Part shown: positions 1 to 14,017 of the stretch, piece after piece | How positions within the stretch are numbered: position 1 is the first letter of the stretch | How the letters are laid out: each line of letters opens with the position of its first letter | Assembly: GCF_001194135.2 (NCBI RefSeq) | Contig: NC_068998.1 | Coordinates: 14,238,812-14,294,713 of the forward strand | Origin: Octopus bimaculoides | Lineage: Eukaryota | Length of the DNA: 55,902 nucleotides | Reading direction: 5' to 3' | Translations under genes and position numbers: made by a program | Notes under the pieces: generated by a model | The model's database searches: none | Told to the model about the DNA's origin: nothing | What the model saw: the letters and a program-made list of their open reading frames with translations, nothing else

Positions 1-81
1 TATATATATATATGTATGTATGTATGAATCTAGCTGATAATAAAGAAATTTGGTAGTCTGGTAGACACAAAAAAATTAAAT

Positions 82-116
<35 letters not shown>

Positions 117-866
117 ATGTCTAATGACTTTCTGCAGAGATAAGTTTGTAAAAAAACGTTGAGGCATGATTTAAAATTAAAAGCTGCTTTTCCTAATTCT
201 TTGCAATTTACAACAACGTGCTGATATAAGCACATTGTAACCGTAATATATTTTGATTTGACTATCTAGAATTCATATACATGCATAGATTCACTCATAT
301 ATATGCGTATATATACACATATGTATATTTATGCATACATGCATGTATATATATGTAATATGCTTGTGTATATTTTGGGTGTGTGGGTTTGATTGGTGTG
401 TTAATTAGGTTGTGGGGTGGGTTTTGATCGAGATGTATTTTGGAGAGATTTTTATTGAACAAATTTGAGGTTATGTTTTTGTTTAGAACTTATTCATGCA
501 TGTAGAACTTTGTAAGGAGGTGTGAAGATTTAGGTGTGTCCGCTTCAGGTCATGTTATCGTATTTTAGTGGTCGTATAGGAAGTTATTGTAGTTTAGAAG
601 TAGGTAGTATAGGAAGCTTTTGATCAGCGGATGTGTCAGCAGTTTTAGATATTTTGGGTTCAAAGTTAGCCTAGTATTTTAAACTTTAGTAATTGTGTGT
701 CAATTTTTTGTAATGGGATTTTTTAAGGCTTCTCAAAAGAATGTTTGTAGGAAGTATGATTTAGCTGGTCAGTTTATTTGTTATTGTTGTTATTTAGCGA
801 TTTCCTGTTTGTATTTGGAAGGTAGGGGGTTATCACTCGGGTATGTGATGGTGTTGTTAGTAGTTT

Positions 867-935
867 ACTGCTCTCGAGAGCTTAGCCTTGGCTTACAAGG
901 CTCAGCTCGGGAAAGCAGTTGGCCATCAGAATAGT
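867..935 (-). other. Long hairpin with a partial hammerhead-like core (probable Penelope pLTR remnant)
   Basis: Nested stems ACTGCT/AGCAGT, GAGCT/AGCTC and AGCCTTG/CAAGGCT are preceded on the minus strand by CTGATGG. No intact GAAA strand follows. The adjacent 370-860 region is strand-skewed, non-microsatellite sequence that looks repeat-derived. Confidence 0.35.
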
Positions 936-1941
936 TTAAAAATACAGTGGCACAAGGCAACTGGATACCATTGCGGTATCTTCCCTAGTTAAGATGATGA
1001 ATCTTTAGACTTTATCATAGCAGAACATGACTGCCGACACTAGAGACGGCATATTTTTAATCTTTTCAGTTATTGGACTACGGCCATGCTGGGACACTGC
1101 CTTGAAGGATTTTAGTAGAACGAACTGTCATTGGCCTTCAGTTATACTGGGAAACTATCTTCAAGAGTTTCACTCGTACGAATCGACTCTAATACTTAAT
1201 TTTTTAAAGCCTGGCACTGATCTATCGTTTCTTTGAGGAGTAGTATGCTCACACACACGTATATGTATATGTTCATATACTTAGTCAGTCAGTCAGTCAG
1301 TCACTCACTCACTCACTCACTCACTCACTCACACACTCACATATTCACACACATACATAGACCAATAAATGATGACAACTGACATTTTGTGGCGTTACTT
1401 ATTTCTTTAACCTTAATTGAACGCTGTTCTTTATTAATACTGCATTTAAAGAAACTCGGCAATTTCACAGAAAATTACAAGAAAAAACACATCGCCAATA
1501 ATGCTTGCAAGGAAACATCAACGACAAGTCAAAGAAATTAAATAAGAAGAAATACTCAAGAAATCTTAATGTCGAATTCAATGTTAGTATAGTGAACAAG
1601 AATTTCCTTGTTCATGTCTGAAAGATGTCTTTGTAGAAGTAAACCAGCTTAAAGCCACAGATCCTATGAAATGTAATTGAATTAGAAAATGCATTCATAT
1701 GTAGAATTGTATTATTCGTCAATGTAAACATACATACATACATACATACATACATACAGATATATTAAGTATATATTACATATGCATACTAATATATATA
1801 TATATATATATANNNNNNNNNNNNNNNNNNNNNNNNNNNNNNNNNNNNNNNNNNNNNNNNNNNNNNNNNNNNNNNNNNNNNNNNNNNNNNNNNNNNNNNN
1901 NNNNNNNNNNNNNNNNNNNNNNNNNNNNNNNNNNNNGTATA

Positions 1942-1982
<41 letters not shown>

Positions 1983-2295
1983 GTATGTATATGCCTGCAT
2001 ATGTATGTATATAAGAATGTAAAAAATATATATGGATATATATATATGTATATATACATATGTATGTATATGCATACATATGTATATATATATTTATATA
2101 TGCATACATAATACATGCATATATATATTTATGTATATATGGACTCACACACATACACACACACATATATACATTTACATACCTACATATGTATATATGT
2201 ATATATATGTGTGTGCGTGTGTGTGTTTTTGTGCGCGTTTTAATACACACACACACAAACACAAACAGACATATATGTATGTATGCATGTGTGTA

Positions 2296-2326
<31 letters not shown>

Positions 2327-3425
2327 ATGCGTGTGTGAGTATATGTGTGTGTATTTGTGAGTGTTTCTTTTGTACTTATTCACACTATTCTTCCTTCGCA
2401 GCATTTAATCCGGTCAACAACGTGGTAACGTTCTTCTTTCATTTAGATCTTGGCTGGGTTGTGGGTGCGAGGTTTGCCTGATGTTTGCGTACATGCCTGA
2501 TATGCATGTGTATGCGTTCTGCATATACGAATGTGTGCTGGAAAATCTGCACTCATGCAGCGTGTGTGAGTATGTATGTATGTATGTATGTAGGTAGGTT
2601 GGCATACCAGCAGGCAGGCAGGCAGATATGTAGCTATGATTCCATCTCTGAAATTCATTCACAACAAAATGATCGGTCTAAGGTTACAGGCAGTGGGACT
2701 GAATCTAAATCCATGTGTTTTTAGTCGTCGTGTTATGTTGTATGCATCATAGGACAAATTTATAACTTGTGATTTGTCGTTTTAACAATTTGTGTTAATG
2801 TAGTCAATTTCAGCAATAATGTTTTTCAAGTCGACTGGTAGATAAACACAACTGTGGATTGTCTATTTATAGATGATCCTGCGCGTTGTATTTGTCGTGT
2901 CCATTATAAACCGCTTAAAACTATCTAATTGCTGTCAGAGGACTTTTTCTGTTTAGCAAAATCAATGTTGGGAAGCATGCCTTACTTGCAATCATCTACA
3001 CACCATACTCACACTTAATACCTAACACTTGACTTAGAATCTAACTAACAAGAGAGAAAGGTAGCCTGCAGCATAATAGAAATAACAGGCAGATTTCGCT
3101 CATCTCACACTTCAACCCCCTACTCATTATCTTAAGTGAACAAGAGACTCGTGAAGTTAAATGCTATCCTATTCCCAGGCCTCCGAAGCTCGTAAGAATT
3201 TCCAACGTCATGAGTTTTTAGCTTAACAGCTTAAACACATAATCATTGCTTCCTGTTACCGATTAACATATTTCAGGCCTTGTGCATTTAGTAGAAAGGA
3301 AAGGATTATCAAGGAAAGGGCATGTGAGACAATGTGGTCTAAGGTACCATAAGGAAGCAGAAAGTTTCACTTGGACAGCCACTAAAATAATAGGAGAGAG
3401 AAGGGCAGAGAGAGGAGACGAAAGT

Positions 3426-3512
<87 letters not shown>

Positions 3513-4911
3513 TGAGAGGTCTGCGATCTCTAGTGAGTACTTTGTATAGAGTTCAGAATACTGCGATATCACGTGTATGAGGAAAAGATAGAAGATTGGT
3601 ACATAACGAATGAGATTAATGCATGATGGAACTGAGTTCCAAAATTCAGAAGAGGAGTCACTATCGCACAATGATAGACGCGGTTGGGAGATAGATATAG
3701 ATATATAAAATGACAGCAATAACTAAATTAAAGGTACGAGGTAGTTAGATAGAAAAAAGAGAAAGAGATAGGGATAGAGAGAGAGAGAGAGAGAGAAACT
3801 TTAAACTTTCAGCTAAACTTTATACAGACTTGCTGAGCGAAAGATAAGCCTCAAGACTGCAATTTTTTTGTAGTTTAACGAAACACAGCTATGATCGAGC
3901 AGATCTATGATCGACACCAAGCAACGCTACCCGTTTTTTTTTTTAAAAACTGTCATAAAACTATATCGGTGAATATGTACTTCCTTAAACATAAGCTAGT
4001 AGGGTGTGAAGTAACCACGAGTTGGCGTCGAATTCGCTGAATCATTAAATCGTCTAATGAGTTGTAGTACATATTTTGACACCTGGTGTTCTGAGTTCGG
4101 ATCCTGCCATGGTCAACTTTGTTGTTTATCTTTCTGGGTTCAGTGGAAATATATTTCTAATCACGTGCGGTGAAAAAGCAATACTGTTAGAACATCGGAC
4201 GACCTCTCTTGAGAATTTTTTTCTAGCTCTTTGCATTCTGAGTAGAAATTCAGCCATGATTCCCTTTAATTGGAGATTTGACGTAGATTTAGTTCGACGA
4301 CCGGTTTAACGCCACTATCTGGCCGTTAGGTGTCTTTAGCAGGTTCCACTCTGATGCGAGCACTTGGATAAAATTTCTGATTCCAGTATAACTCTTATTC
4401 TTGACTCTTGGAAAACGAGCCATGGCTAAGCAAAACAGAAAATGAAAAATTTGGCTGCTGCTTCTTGTAAATCGATTTTTTTTCTTTGCACTCCTTTAAA
4501 GCCTAGCCAGGCTCATGGGCCCGGTTTTCCGGTTTCAATGGCGTATGTGTTTCCCAGCTGGACAGGACGCTAGTCCATCGCAGAAATTGATCTTAGTTGC
4601 TCATTATTTGACTCGTTGGAGCTCTATTGTTGGGTAGAGGCTTGGAAACTAATATCGTTTTTTTTTTATTGTTCTAGATAGAATCGGTGGCCATTACACA
4701 CACACACACAAGCAATAATATTTATGGAGACGACTTAAGGAAAATGTAAACGGATAGGAGAAACAAAAGCAAAGACACTCACTATCAAATGAATGTTTCT
4801 TGTTTATGAAGTAGCAGGGGATTAAGAATAAGGAAAAAAAAAATAAATACGAACAAAGAGAAGAAAGGAAGAGTTTTCTTTTAGATTGTGGTGAATGTTT
4901 GTTCAATATAC

Positions 4912-4989
4912 CTGAGTGATCTTCGTTTATAATCATGGAAATGATGAAGCCATTTTCTTTTTGCTTCAGAGAAATCGGTTCCATAAACA
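4912..4989 (-). CDS. Candidate internal exon, product unknown
   Basis: It is bounded by ttgtctttcgtag| and |gtatat and is 78 bp long. Two frames are open: VYGTDFSEAKRKWLHHFHDYKRRSL and FMEPISLKQKENGFIISMIINEDHS. Confidence 0.3.
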
Positions 4990-5319
4990 CTACGAAAGAC
5001 AAGTTAGCAATAGACAACTGTGAACATGAAGACAAATACACTTATAAAATATTTATGCGTCCGCACACTCATACACACACATACTCTTAGACGCACACAT
5101 ACTCTTACACACACACATATTTATACGCAAATACGCAGACATATACAATATACATACATAGATATTTATATGAGTGTGTGAGTGTGTGTGTATGTGTGTT
5201 TGCGTGTGTGTGTGTGCGTGTGTGTGTGTGCGAACGTATTCCTTTTGCCATCTAATGCAAAAATATTTATATATTTATATGCTGAAATATTTCTTATTAC
5301 TCTCCGACTTATGCCTCCC

Positions 5320-5580
5320 TCTCTCTGTTATTCCCTCTCTCTCCTCTCCCTCATCCTCTCTCTTTCTCTCACTTTTTCTCTCTCTCTCACCCATCTCTAT
5401 CTTCTCTCTTTCTCTCACTCTCTCTTTCTCTCACTCTCTCTTTCTCTCACTCTCTCTTTCTCTCACTCTCTCTTTCTCTCACTCTCTCTTTCTCACTTTT
5501 CTCTCTCTTTTCCCTTCTCTTTGTCTCTCTTTTTTCTCTCTCTCTTCCCCTCTCTGTTTCTCTCTCTCCTCCCTCTCTCT
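5320..5580. repeat. CT-rich tract containing a minisatellite of about 16 bp (tctctctttctctcac)n
   Basis: Direct reading of about 5400-5500. Confidence 0.85.
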
Positions 5581-5667
5581 CACACACACACGCAAAACAG
5601 ACAAGCACCTACACACAAAAATACCGATGTATTTGCTATTATCTTTTTCACTGTACGCGTACACCAT

Positions 5668-5706
<39 letters not shown>

Positions 5707-5899
5707 NNNNNNNNNNNNNNNNNNNNNNNNNNNNNNNNNNNNNNNNNNNNNNNNNNNNNNNNNNNNNNNNNNNNNNNNNNNNNNNNNNNNNNNNNNNNNN
5801 NNNNNNNNNNNNNNNNNNNNNNNNNNNNNNNNNNNNNNNNNNNNNNNNNNTAATCACACACACACACACAGGCACACACATACCCGCTCACTCACACGT

Positions 5900-5952
<53 letters not shown>

Positions 5953-6322
5953 CACACACACACACACACAGAAACACACATACCCACTAATATGTTGCAT
6001 ACACTCGTGTGAGTATCAGTGCGTGTGTCTGTATATTTGTGTTAGTGGTGGAAGAGTAAGCTGGATAGTTCGATAGATGGACGGTTATTAAGAGCTGTAG
6101 AAAAGAGAAAGATGAAGAGGAGGAACGAGAGGGAAACAAAGTGATATTTACGCATCCATTCTCCCTCTTTTTATTTAGAGTGTCTTTCGTATCTAGCAAT
6201 TTGTCAGAAGATCTAACAGTAAGAGCAAATGTCATCTAGGTTTCTTCACATTCTGGCAGTTTTATGAGGCAGAATCGATTCGATATTGTGCATTATCCAT
6301 TTTTGCCTCGTCTTCAGCTTAC

Positions 6323-6376
6323 CGCTCTGACGATAATGTCTACTTAAACTTCCGTGAGCAATTTTGTCTCGTTGAT
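6323..6376 (-). CDS. Candidate small exon (phase 1-1), product unknown
   Basis: It is bounded by tttctttgttgatgtatttag| and a strong donor CG|gtaagc. It is 54 bp long, with one open frame: QRDKIAHGSLSRHYRQS. Confidence 0.25.
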
Positions 6377-7388
6377 CTAAATACATCAACAAAGAAACAT
6401 TTAACGGAAAGATATTAGCCACAGAGGAATTTCTCTCTATCTGGAGACGCCGAAGAAGCTATGTAATCATTCGATTTGCTATAAATAGTCACCAAACAAC
6501 CCACAAATCAAATTATTCATTCAACATTTGTATCTACGTGTATTTTTGTGGATGAGGAGTTAATATATTTGAAAAACAACTAAACTAGATTATGCACTTT
6601 GTGAACAATAAGGCTATTGGTTATGAGGTTTCAAATGTCTAAACGTTGGCTCATTGGATTTCTGAGACGAGAGAGACACGTTTGTTGTGTGCATGTGTGT
6701 TTGCACCTTTGTGTGTGGGTGTGGGTGTGTGTGCATGTAAGCGCGCGCGCATGGAACATGGACGAAAAATCATGAAGTATTCTTGATTGGAAGTACCGGT
6801 TTATCGAACTTTCCCGCTGATGTATATCATTATGCATGGGTAACCACTGCCATATGTGTACATACGATACGAAATCAATTGCCCCCCAGAGACAGGCAGG
6901 TACAAGAATATTTTCTCAAAAGAATTTGGGAAACCCAAAGCATTGGCAGAAAACTCTGGTGTCGCACAATGGAATGAAATTATAGGTTACTTGAAATTCT
7001 TAACATAGAATTCTTAACTGCATTTTTAAAACCTCTTCTGCTGTTGTTGTTGCTTTGTGTATAGAGAGTGAAAGTTCAATAAATATCTCTGTCCGCCTAT
7101 GTAGACGATCCTTGTCAATCGTAAGTATTTTTCTCCCGATAGAAATAATCGACATAGCTCACGACGAACCAATAAACTATTTGCTCATCATGCAATGCTA
7201 CCATATTAACCAGCAGCTTACGCTTTCAATTTCCGAGTTTAGTGGATGAAATCCATTAAATAATTTAAATATGTTGACCAAGCGCATACTTTAGTTCCAG
7301 AAGGAGAACCGTCAACTTCTTTTCAGAGTGTAACAATATCCCATAAGCTGTAAAGCATCTGACAAGATTTACTTTCATTTGTCTAGAT

Positions 7389-7693
7389 CAGGGATACTCA
7401 GCTATTTTTTTTATCAATGGACCCCTTCAATTACTATTTTATTCTGATGGATCCCCGTAGCCATTTGATGTTTGAGAACTAGTTTTATAGAAACCTTTTT
7501 CAAATCTTTTTTGTCACACATTATCTTGTGTAGGTTGAGCTATGTAAAATGTTAGAGAAAGAAACCTGGCTGTTTCTTGCAATATATACATCTAAAACAA
7601 AGTGTTTTTAGGGGGCCTTAAAATACTATTAGGGATCCCCAATTTATTATCTTGTTGCAATACCACCATATGGGCCCCGGTTGAGAACCACTG
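7389..7693. mobile_element. hAT (Charlie-like) non-autonomous element with an 8-bp TSD
   Basis: The ends are cagggatactcagc and gttgagaaccactg. A perfect GTCTAGAT duplication lies at 7381-7388 and 7694-7701, matching the NTCTAGAN target typical of Charlie hATs. Confidence 0.85.
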
Positions 7694-7809
7694 GTCTAGA
7701 TTCTCAGTATAAATTGGGTCGATACAATCGTTGTCACGCAATAAAGGAGCCACTATGTGATTCCTTGGCCAACAAAATATAGCAGCCAAATAATCTCAAA
7801 TGATATACT

Positions 7810-7871
7810 GTTTGAGGAAAACGGAAGAACGCTATAATGGGTTTGAGGAAAACGGAAGGACGCTATAATGG
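7810..7871 (+). repeat. 31-bp tandem duplication
   Basis: gtttgaggaaaacggaag(a/g)acgctataatgg occurs twice. Confidence 0.9.
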
Positions 7872-8234
7872 GCGATGATGACGTACTTGCACTATAAGAC
7901 GAAATGATTACAGCTGCCTCGCCTTTGTTTACAGAAACACCCCAATGAAAGTTGACATAGGGCGAACCAATAACATGAAAGACTACTGAGTCGGTAAACG
8001 TGAGCCTGTAACTTTCTGGTGATTACACAGGTCCTGTAACAAAATCTGAACTCAGGGTTACTCAAACAATATCATTACTTATTTTTCACCCTTTATGTCT
8101 TCATTCGTTTTCTATAATTTCCTTCCTGCACATACTTTCCCTCACCAGTTTGCTTTCTCCCTATCAACAACCGTTTCTCTCGCTCTATCTTTTCAATATA
8201 ATTTCTCCCGCTCTCTCATTCGATATTTTCATTT

Positions 8235-8292
<58 letters not shown>

Positions 8293-8976
8293 CACGATGT
8301 ATGTATGAATTATTTTATAGTTTTTTTTTTATTTTCCTCATAACATTTCGTTCATGTGTAATTTCCACTTAACGATTTCGCACAAATCTCAGTTAATTGC
8401 AGCTATAAATATTGTATTACACCCTTATGCATTATGTATTACACCCTAATGTAACCATTATAAAACGTTTCCCTTTAAATCCGCTACATAACAATATATT
8501 AATTACTGGACACACCAAGAGAAATACCATTAAAATTATGTACTGTTGGTACATAATACACACATACATATAAACATACGTACACACACATATATACATA
8601 CATATAGACATAAATATACACATACATACATACATACATACATACATACATACAAACATATATACATACATATATATATATANNNNNNNNNNNNNNNNNN
8701 NNNNNNNNNNNNNNNNNNNNNNNNNNNNNNNNNNNNNNNNNNNNNNNNNNNNNNNNNNNNNNNNNNNNNNNNNNNNNNNNNNNNNNNNNNNNNNNNNNNN
8801 NNNNNNNNNNNNNNNNNNNNTTCCGATCTATATATGTATGTATGTATGTATGTACACATGTATATACATATTAAGAATGAGATATGCGGATGTATATATG
8901 TATATATATACATATGTATGTATGTATGCATATATGTATGTATGTGTGTACATATATATGTAAATTTATCTATCTG

Positions 8977-9070
<94 letters not shown>

Positions 9071-9085
9071 CCTATCTATCTATCC

Positions 9086-9169
<84 letters not shown>

Positions 9170-9663
9170 GTCTGTCTGTCTGTCTGTCTGTCGGTCTGTC
9201 TGTGTATCTATCTATATGTACACGAACACATATGAACTAGCGTGAAGAAGACGACTAACAAAGTATGTAATGATTTATGGTATTGTTATTCTGAGTTTCG
9301 TGTGCCTGAAAAGCCACAAGTAGAAACTTACGCTACAGAAGAAATGGGAACACATAACTGTACGCACAAACATACAATTAAGTACGTAATAATATAAAAA
9401 GAATATATTTTAGCCCTGTAAGAACACACAGACACTCTACAATAGCCACGGCCATCGGGATGAGTGTAAGGCGGCGACTGGCAAATCATTAGTGCCTGGC
9501 GAATTCCTGAGCAGCATTCTTCCTGGTCTGTACATTCTGAGTTCAAATGCCGTCAAGGTCGATTTTGGTTGTAATCCTTTTGGATGATATACACACATAC
9601 ATATATATACACACATACATGCATACATACATATATACATGCATGCATACATACGTACATACA

Positions 9664-9697
<34 letters not shown>

Positions 9698-10527
9698 CAT
9701 ACAAGAGACTGCGATCAGATTGGAGCGCTAGGAATTTAGTGAAAAGCTGGGTGAAGAGGCCCTGAGGAGGGAGGAGGTTTGATTCAGGGACAGAGAAGGG
9801 GGACGAGATGTACTGAAAGAGGTTTAACAGTCTTGAAAAGACCTCATTGACAAGACGGTATATATTAATGCTTAAAACATTATTGAATCATCCTGTATAT
9901 ATGTGTGTGTGTGTGTGTGACGAAGCAATAAAGTTAAAACCTCAAAGTCATTGTCAAGCTTTTTTCCTGAAAAAATGTGTGTATACACACACACACACAT
10001 GCACACACACACATACACACACATACACACACACACATACTTATATATACTTATGTACTTATGTGGGCATATATATATGTATATATATATACATATATAT
10101 ACATACATATATATACCCACATTAAATATATATAATATAAATACTTGCAGAGCGTAAAATGGCCGCCATAATACAGAGTCACGTCATTGATTTACTATAA
10201 TGGTGGTTTTTGAATAGAGTTTACGAGATTCCATGTTATAATCAATTAGACTTTTTCATGGCTTTAAATGGCAATAGTATGATAAATGACCTCTTGAACG
10301 ACAGATAAATGCATAAACAAAGAATGAAAAGAAATGTTTATCTGCTCGTTGAATGGCCTTGGCATCGATGTACGGTTATGAAGTTTGCTTCGGAGGATCC
10401 ACTTCGATTCCAGCTTCGATTTCATTCTGCGATCCTTGAACAAATGCCTTCTACGACAACTTCAGATTGCCCAGCACTTTGCGAGTGGAATCTTATGGGC
10501 GGAAACTTTGTATATGGTTTATGTATA

Positions 10528-10614
<87 letters not shown>

Positions 10615-10807
10615 NNNNNNNNNNNNNNNNNNNNNNNNNNNNNNNNNNNNNNNNNNNNNNNNNNNNNNNNNNNNNNNNNNNNNNNNNNNNNNNNNNNNNN
10701 NNNNNNNNNNNNNNNNNNNNNNNNNNNNNNNCACACATACATACATACATACATACATACATACATACATACATACATACATACATACATACATACATAC
10801 ATACAAC

Positions 10808-11040
10808 AAGCGGTGAGCTGGCAGAAACGTTAGCACGCCGGGCGAAATGCTTAGCGGTATTTCGTCTGCCGCTACGTTCTGAGTTCAAATTCCGCCGAGG
10901 TCGACTGTGCCTTTCATCCTTTCGGGGTCGATTAAATAAGTACCAGTTACGCACTGGGGTCGATGTAATCGACTTAATCCGTTTGTCTGTCCTTGTTTGT
11001 CCCCTCTGTGTGTAGCTCCTTGTGGGTAGTAAAGAAATAA
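10808..11040 (+). mobile_element. Full-length tRNA-derived SINE, family A (octopus OK-like, Nin/Deu-like core)
   Basis: It has an A-box-like gagctggcagaaacgttagc, a B-box-like gagttcaaattcc, the core gcctttcatcctttcggggtcgattaaataagtaccag and the tail aaagaaataa. It is flanked on both sides by (ACAT)n. Confidence 0.9.
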
Positions 11041-13324
11041 CATACATACATACATATATGTTGATATTTATTGCATATGTATTACATATATTTACATATA
11101 TGTATATGTATTATATATGTATCATATATATGATACATATATTTAACATATACATTTGATATATACATATATATGTAATAATGTATGGATGTGCATGCAC
11201 ACATACATATATGCAAATATACGTGTCATATATATGGATATACATGAAAGGATGCATGTATGCGTATGAAGTTTACAGGTATATTGGTAACTTCTGTTGC
11301 TGATTCATATCGGCAGAGTCTGTAAACATCAGTGACAATTCAGAAAAAAAAAATGGCGCTTTCCGTACGAAGTACCTTGCAATATTTGTTTTGTTACAAG
11401 TGACACACTTTCTTCTTTGTCAGTTTCCGTCAGAAATATTCTCAACCATTGATTGACCTTTTGGAACGCTATTGTCTACTTTATACTTATGTCTTTCATG
11501 AGGAACCTATTGGTAACATCTGCGTGCTTGGATACGCAATAGGATGTTTTTATTCCAGTGAAGAGTTTGGTGGTAGATTATAAAGCCGCTTAAGGTAGTT
11601 GGTGCAACTATTTCAACTCGGTCTCAGTGTGGGTAAAATCGAGATTTTGAGGTTATTGGTGGTAATATTGTGTCGTAAACCTGTAGTTCATCGGAGAATT
11701 AAAAATCGTGGTAGTGATTGGTAAGTTGAATGATCTTCGGGAATGGAGAATCTGACGATTTATTTCGAACTAATAATCTTCATCTATGTATAAAGAAAAG
11801 AAACTGTTGCTCTTTTGTTTTGTCGGGCATTTGTTCACCACTCTAGCGATTCTACCAATCGAATCGCCTTGAATGTCGGAACGTCAGACAAAATGTTTTC
11901 CGATATTTCTTTCACCTGCGTACTTTATGAGTGGAAGTCTCTCTGAGATCAACTTGATCTTTCATCCTTCCGATATCGAATAAATTATCTAACCTGGCGT
12001 CAATAAAGTGGTAATAAAGCTTAATGGAAGTTATTAGTCAAAGCAGGACAAAATGTCCTGTATCTAGTTACGTCTCTATACCTGTTGTTCAAATCAATCC
12101 AATGACGACAATGCGTTTTATACTTCTCGGGAGACGCTTTTATGGGGTTCAATGGCACTTTTAGGTCAGCTGTATAAGCATGTTGTATAGGGTTGGAGAC
12201 CTAAGAATGGGACAACACACTCAAGGGTTACTCTGGCAGTAAATACTTTAGTTTTTCCACAGGGAGTCCTATACTTTCAGCTTAATCACTTGAAAATCCC
12301 TATAGATCTCAGCTTCACTTGTCATTAGACTCGAAGGTGCCTAAATATTCTAAGTTCAAATCCAAATCTGGCGTCAATTTCTCCATGATTGGATATGAAT
12401 GAATTTATGATATGCTTGGCACTAATGCCATTGTTATTACTTTCTTCATTAAAAACAATTCACCCAATTCCTACGTGATTATTTTCAGCAATAATTACAC
12501 TATTTATTATATGGCAGCCTTAGTTTTATTATTCAATCATAATATTTCACAAATCAACGAAGACAGGCGATTTATCTTTATTCATTACGAACTTCCTTAA
12601 ATTACTTTATCGTCAAATAACATCTGATTATCATTCGCTATTGGTCCAACCCTTAATTCGTATTTTTATTAATTTGAGAGATGAAGTAGAAGAATTATAT
12701 TTCCTTCCGTCTTCCTCTTTGGCTCATATTTATTTTTCTTCACGTTTGACATTTCATCTTCTAAAAAAAAAAAAAAAATTTTCATGCAATTTATGCTTTC
12801 CGATATTAACCTATTTAATATTTCATCTTTTTGAGCTATTTTATATCGCATCATTAAAGCTTTATTCTTTCATTTCATTATATTTTATTTTGTTTTATAA
12901 ATCTAATGTATTTTTTTATATCCTTTTCTTGTTTTAATACTTTATTTAGAATTATCTTTGATTTATTTGAAACCGTTTTTTTTTTTTTAAATCTTAATTT
13001 TCTCAAATATCTTTGTAAAAACTTCATCATTTTCTACGAATTTTTAAAATTTTCTTTCTCACTAATAATCAGCTGTTTCCATGTCGATGAATAGAGCGAC
13101 TTTCATAAATAATATCCCTGATGATGTTATTATAGAAGGCATTCTTTCTATTACAATTCCACGACTGAATGTCCATTAACCACCCACTTCTCAACAAAAA
13201 ATGCCATAAATTTTACCTTTTACATGACGGAAATTATTGAAGCTTCACAATTTTCAACCCAACTTTATATTTTACTCATTTGTCGAATTTGGTTTTTTGT
13301 TATCTACTATTCTTAGCTATTTTA

Positions 13325-14017
13325 AAGGTGGTCTAGATGGCAGAATACTTAGCACACCGGACAAAACGTCTAGCGGCATTTCGTCCGTGTACATTCAGAG
13401 TTAAAATCCTACCGTTGTTGACGCTACCTTTCATTCGTTCGGAATCGATATAATAGGTACCAGATGAGCACTGAGGTTGATCTAGTCGACTAACATTTCC
13501 CCCGCAAATTTCCGGTTTTGTGCCTATAATAGAAAGGATTATTATCTATAGCAAAGGAGGTGAAATGGTAGAAACGTTTACACGTCGGACAAACTACTTC
13601 CGTCTTTACGTTCTGAGTTCAAATGCCACCGATGTCGATTTTACCTTTCATCCTTTCGGGGGATATTGTAATAAGTACCAGTTGGACTCTGGCTGGGGTC
13701 GACACTAGACTACTCCCTCCACGAAAACGTTAGGCCTTGTGTTTATAGTAGAAAAGATTATTAGTTATAGGAGAAAGGTGCTAGATTGGCAGAACTGTTT
13801 AGAGAAACGAAAAAAATGCTTTCTCTTATTTGTTCCGGCCCTTTCATTTCTCGGTTAAAATCACGCAGGGGACAATTCTCTTCTTTCAAAACTGCTGGCC
13901 GTGCCTAAATTTGAAACTATTACTGCCATGGAGAGACTTCCTTGTAACATCTTTTCCAGTTCTTTACGTTCTGAATTAAAATCCTGTTTGCCTTTCATCG
14001 CACCGGAGACGATAGTA
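13325..14017 (+). mobile_element. Cluster of four decayed family A SINEs in the same orientation
   Basis: Repeated motifs tggcagaa, gagttcaaat, cctttcatc and gtaccag recur at about 13325, 13555, 13775 and 13930. Confidence 0.75.

Noticed and set aside
480-860. Penelope GIY-YIG coding remnant on the minus strand
   Set aside because: Only vague similarity was found (KLPIL, CMNKF), with many stops and no CNC or YIG motifs.
6245-6325. Minus-strand CTGAAGA with a GAGGCA/TGCCTC stem
   Set aside because: There is no GAAA, cleavage triplet or stem I.
10155-10190. YY1-like (aaaatggccgccat) and CRE-like (cacgtca) motifs as a promoter
   Set aside because: Short motifs are expected by chance, and there is no supporting gene start or CpG-rich context.
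13060-13125. Minus-strand TTTATGA...GTCG/CGAC...GAAACAGCTG hammerhead-like string
   Set aside because: Both the CUGA core and the cleavage triplet are absent, so it is not distinguishable from chance.
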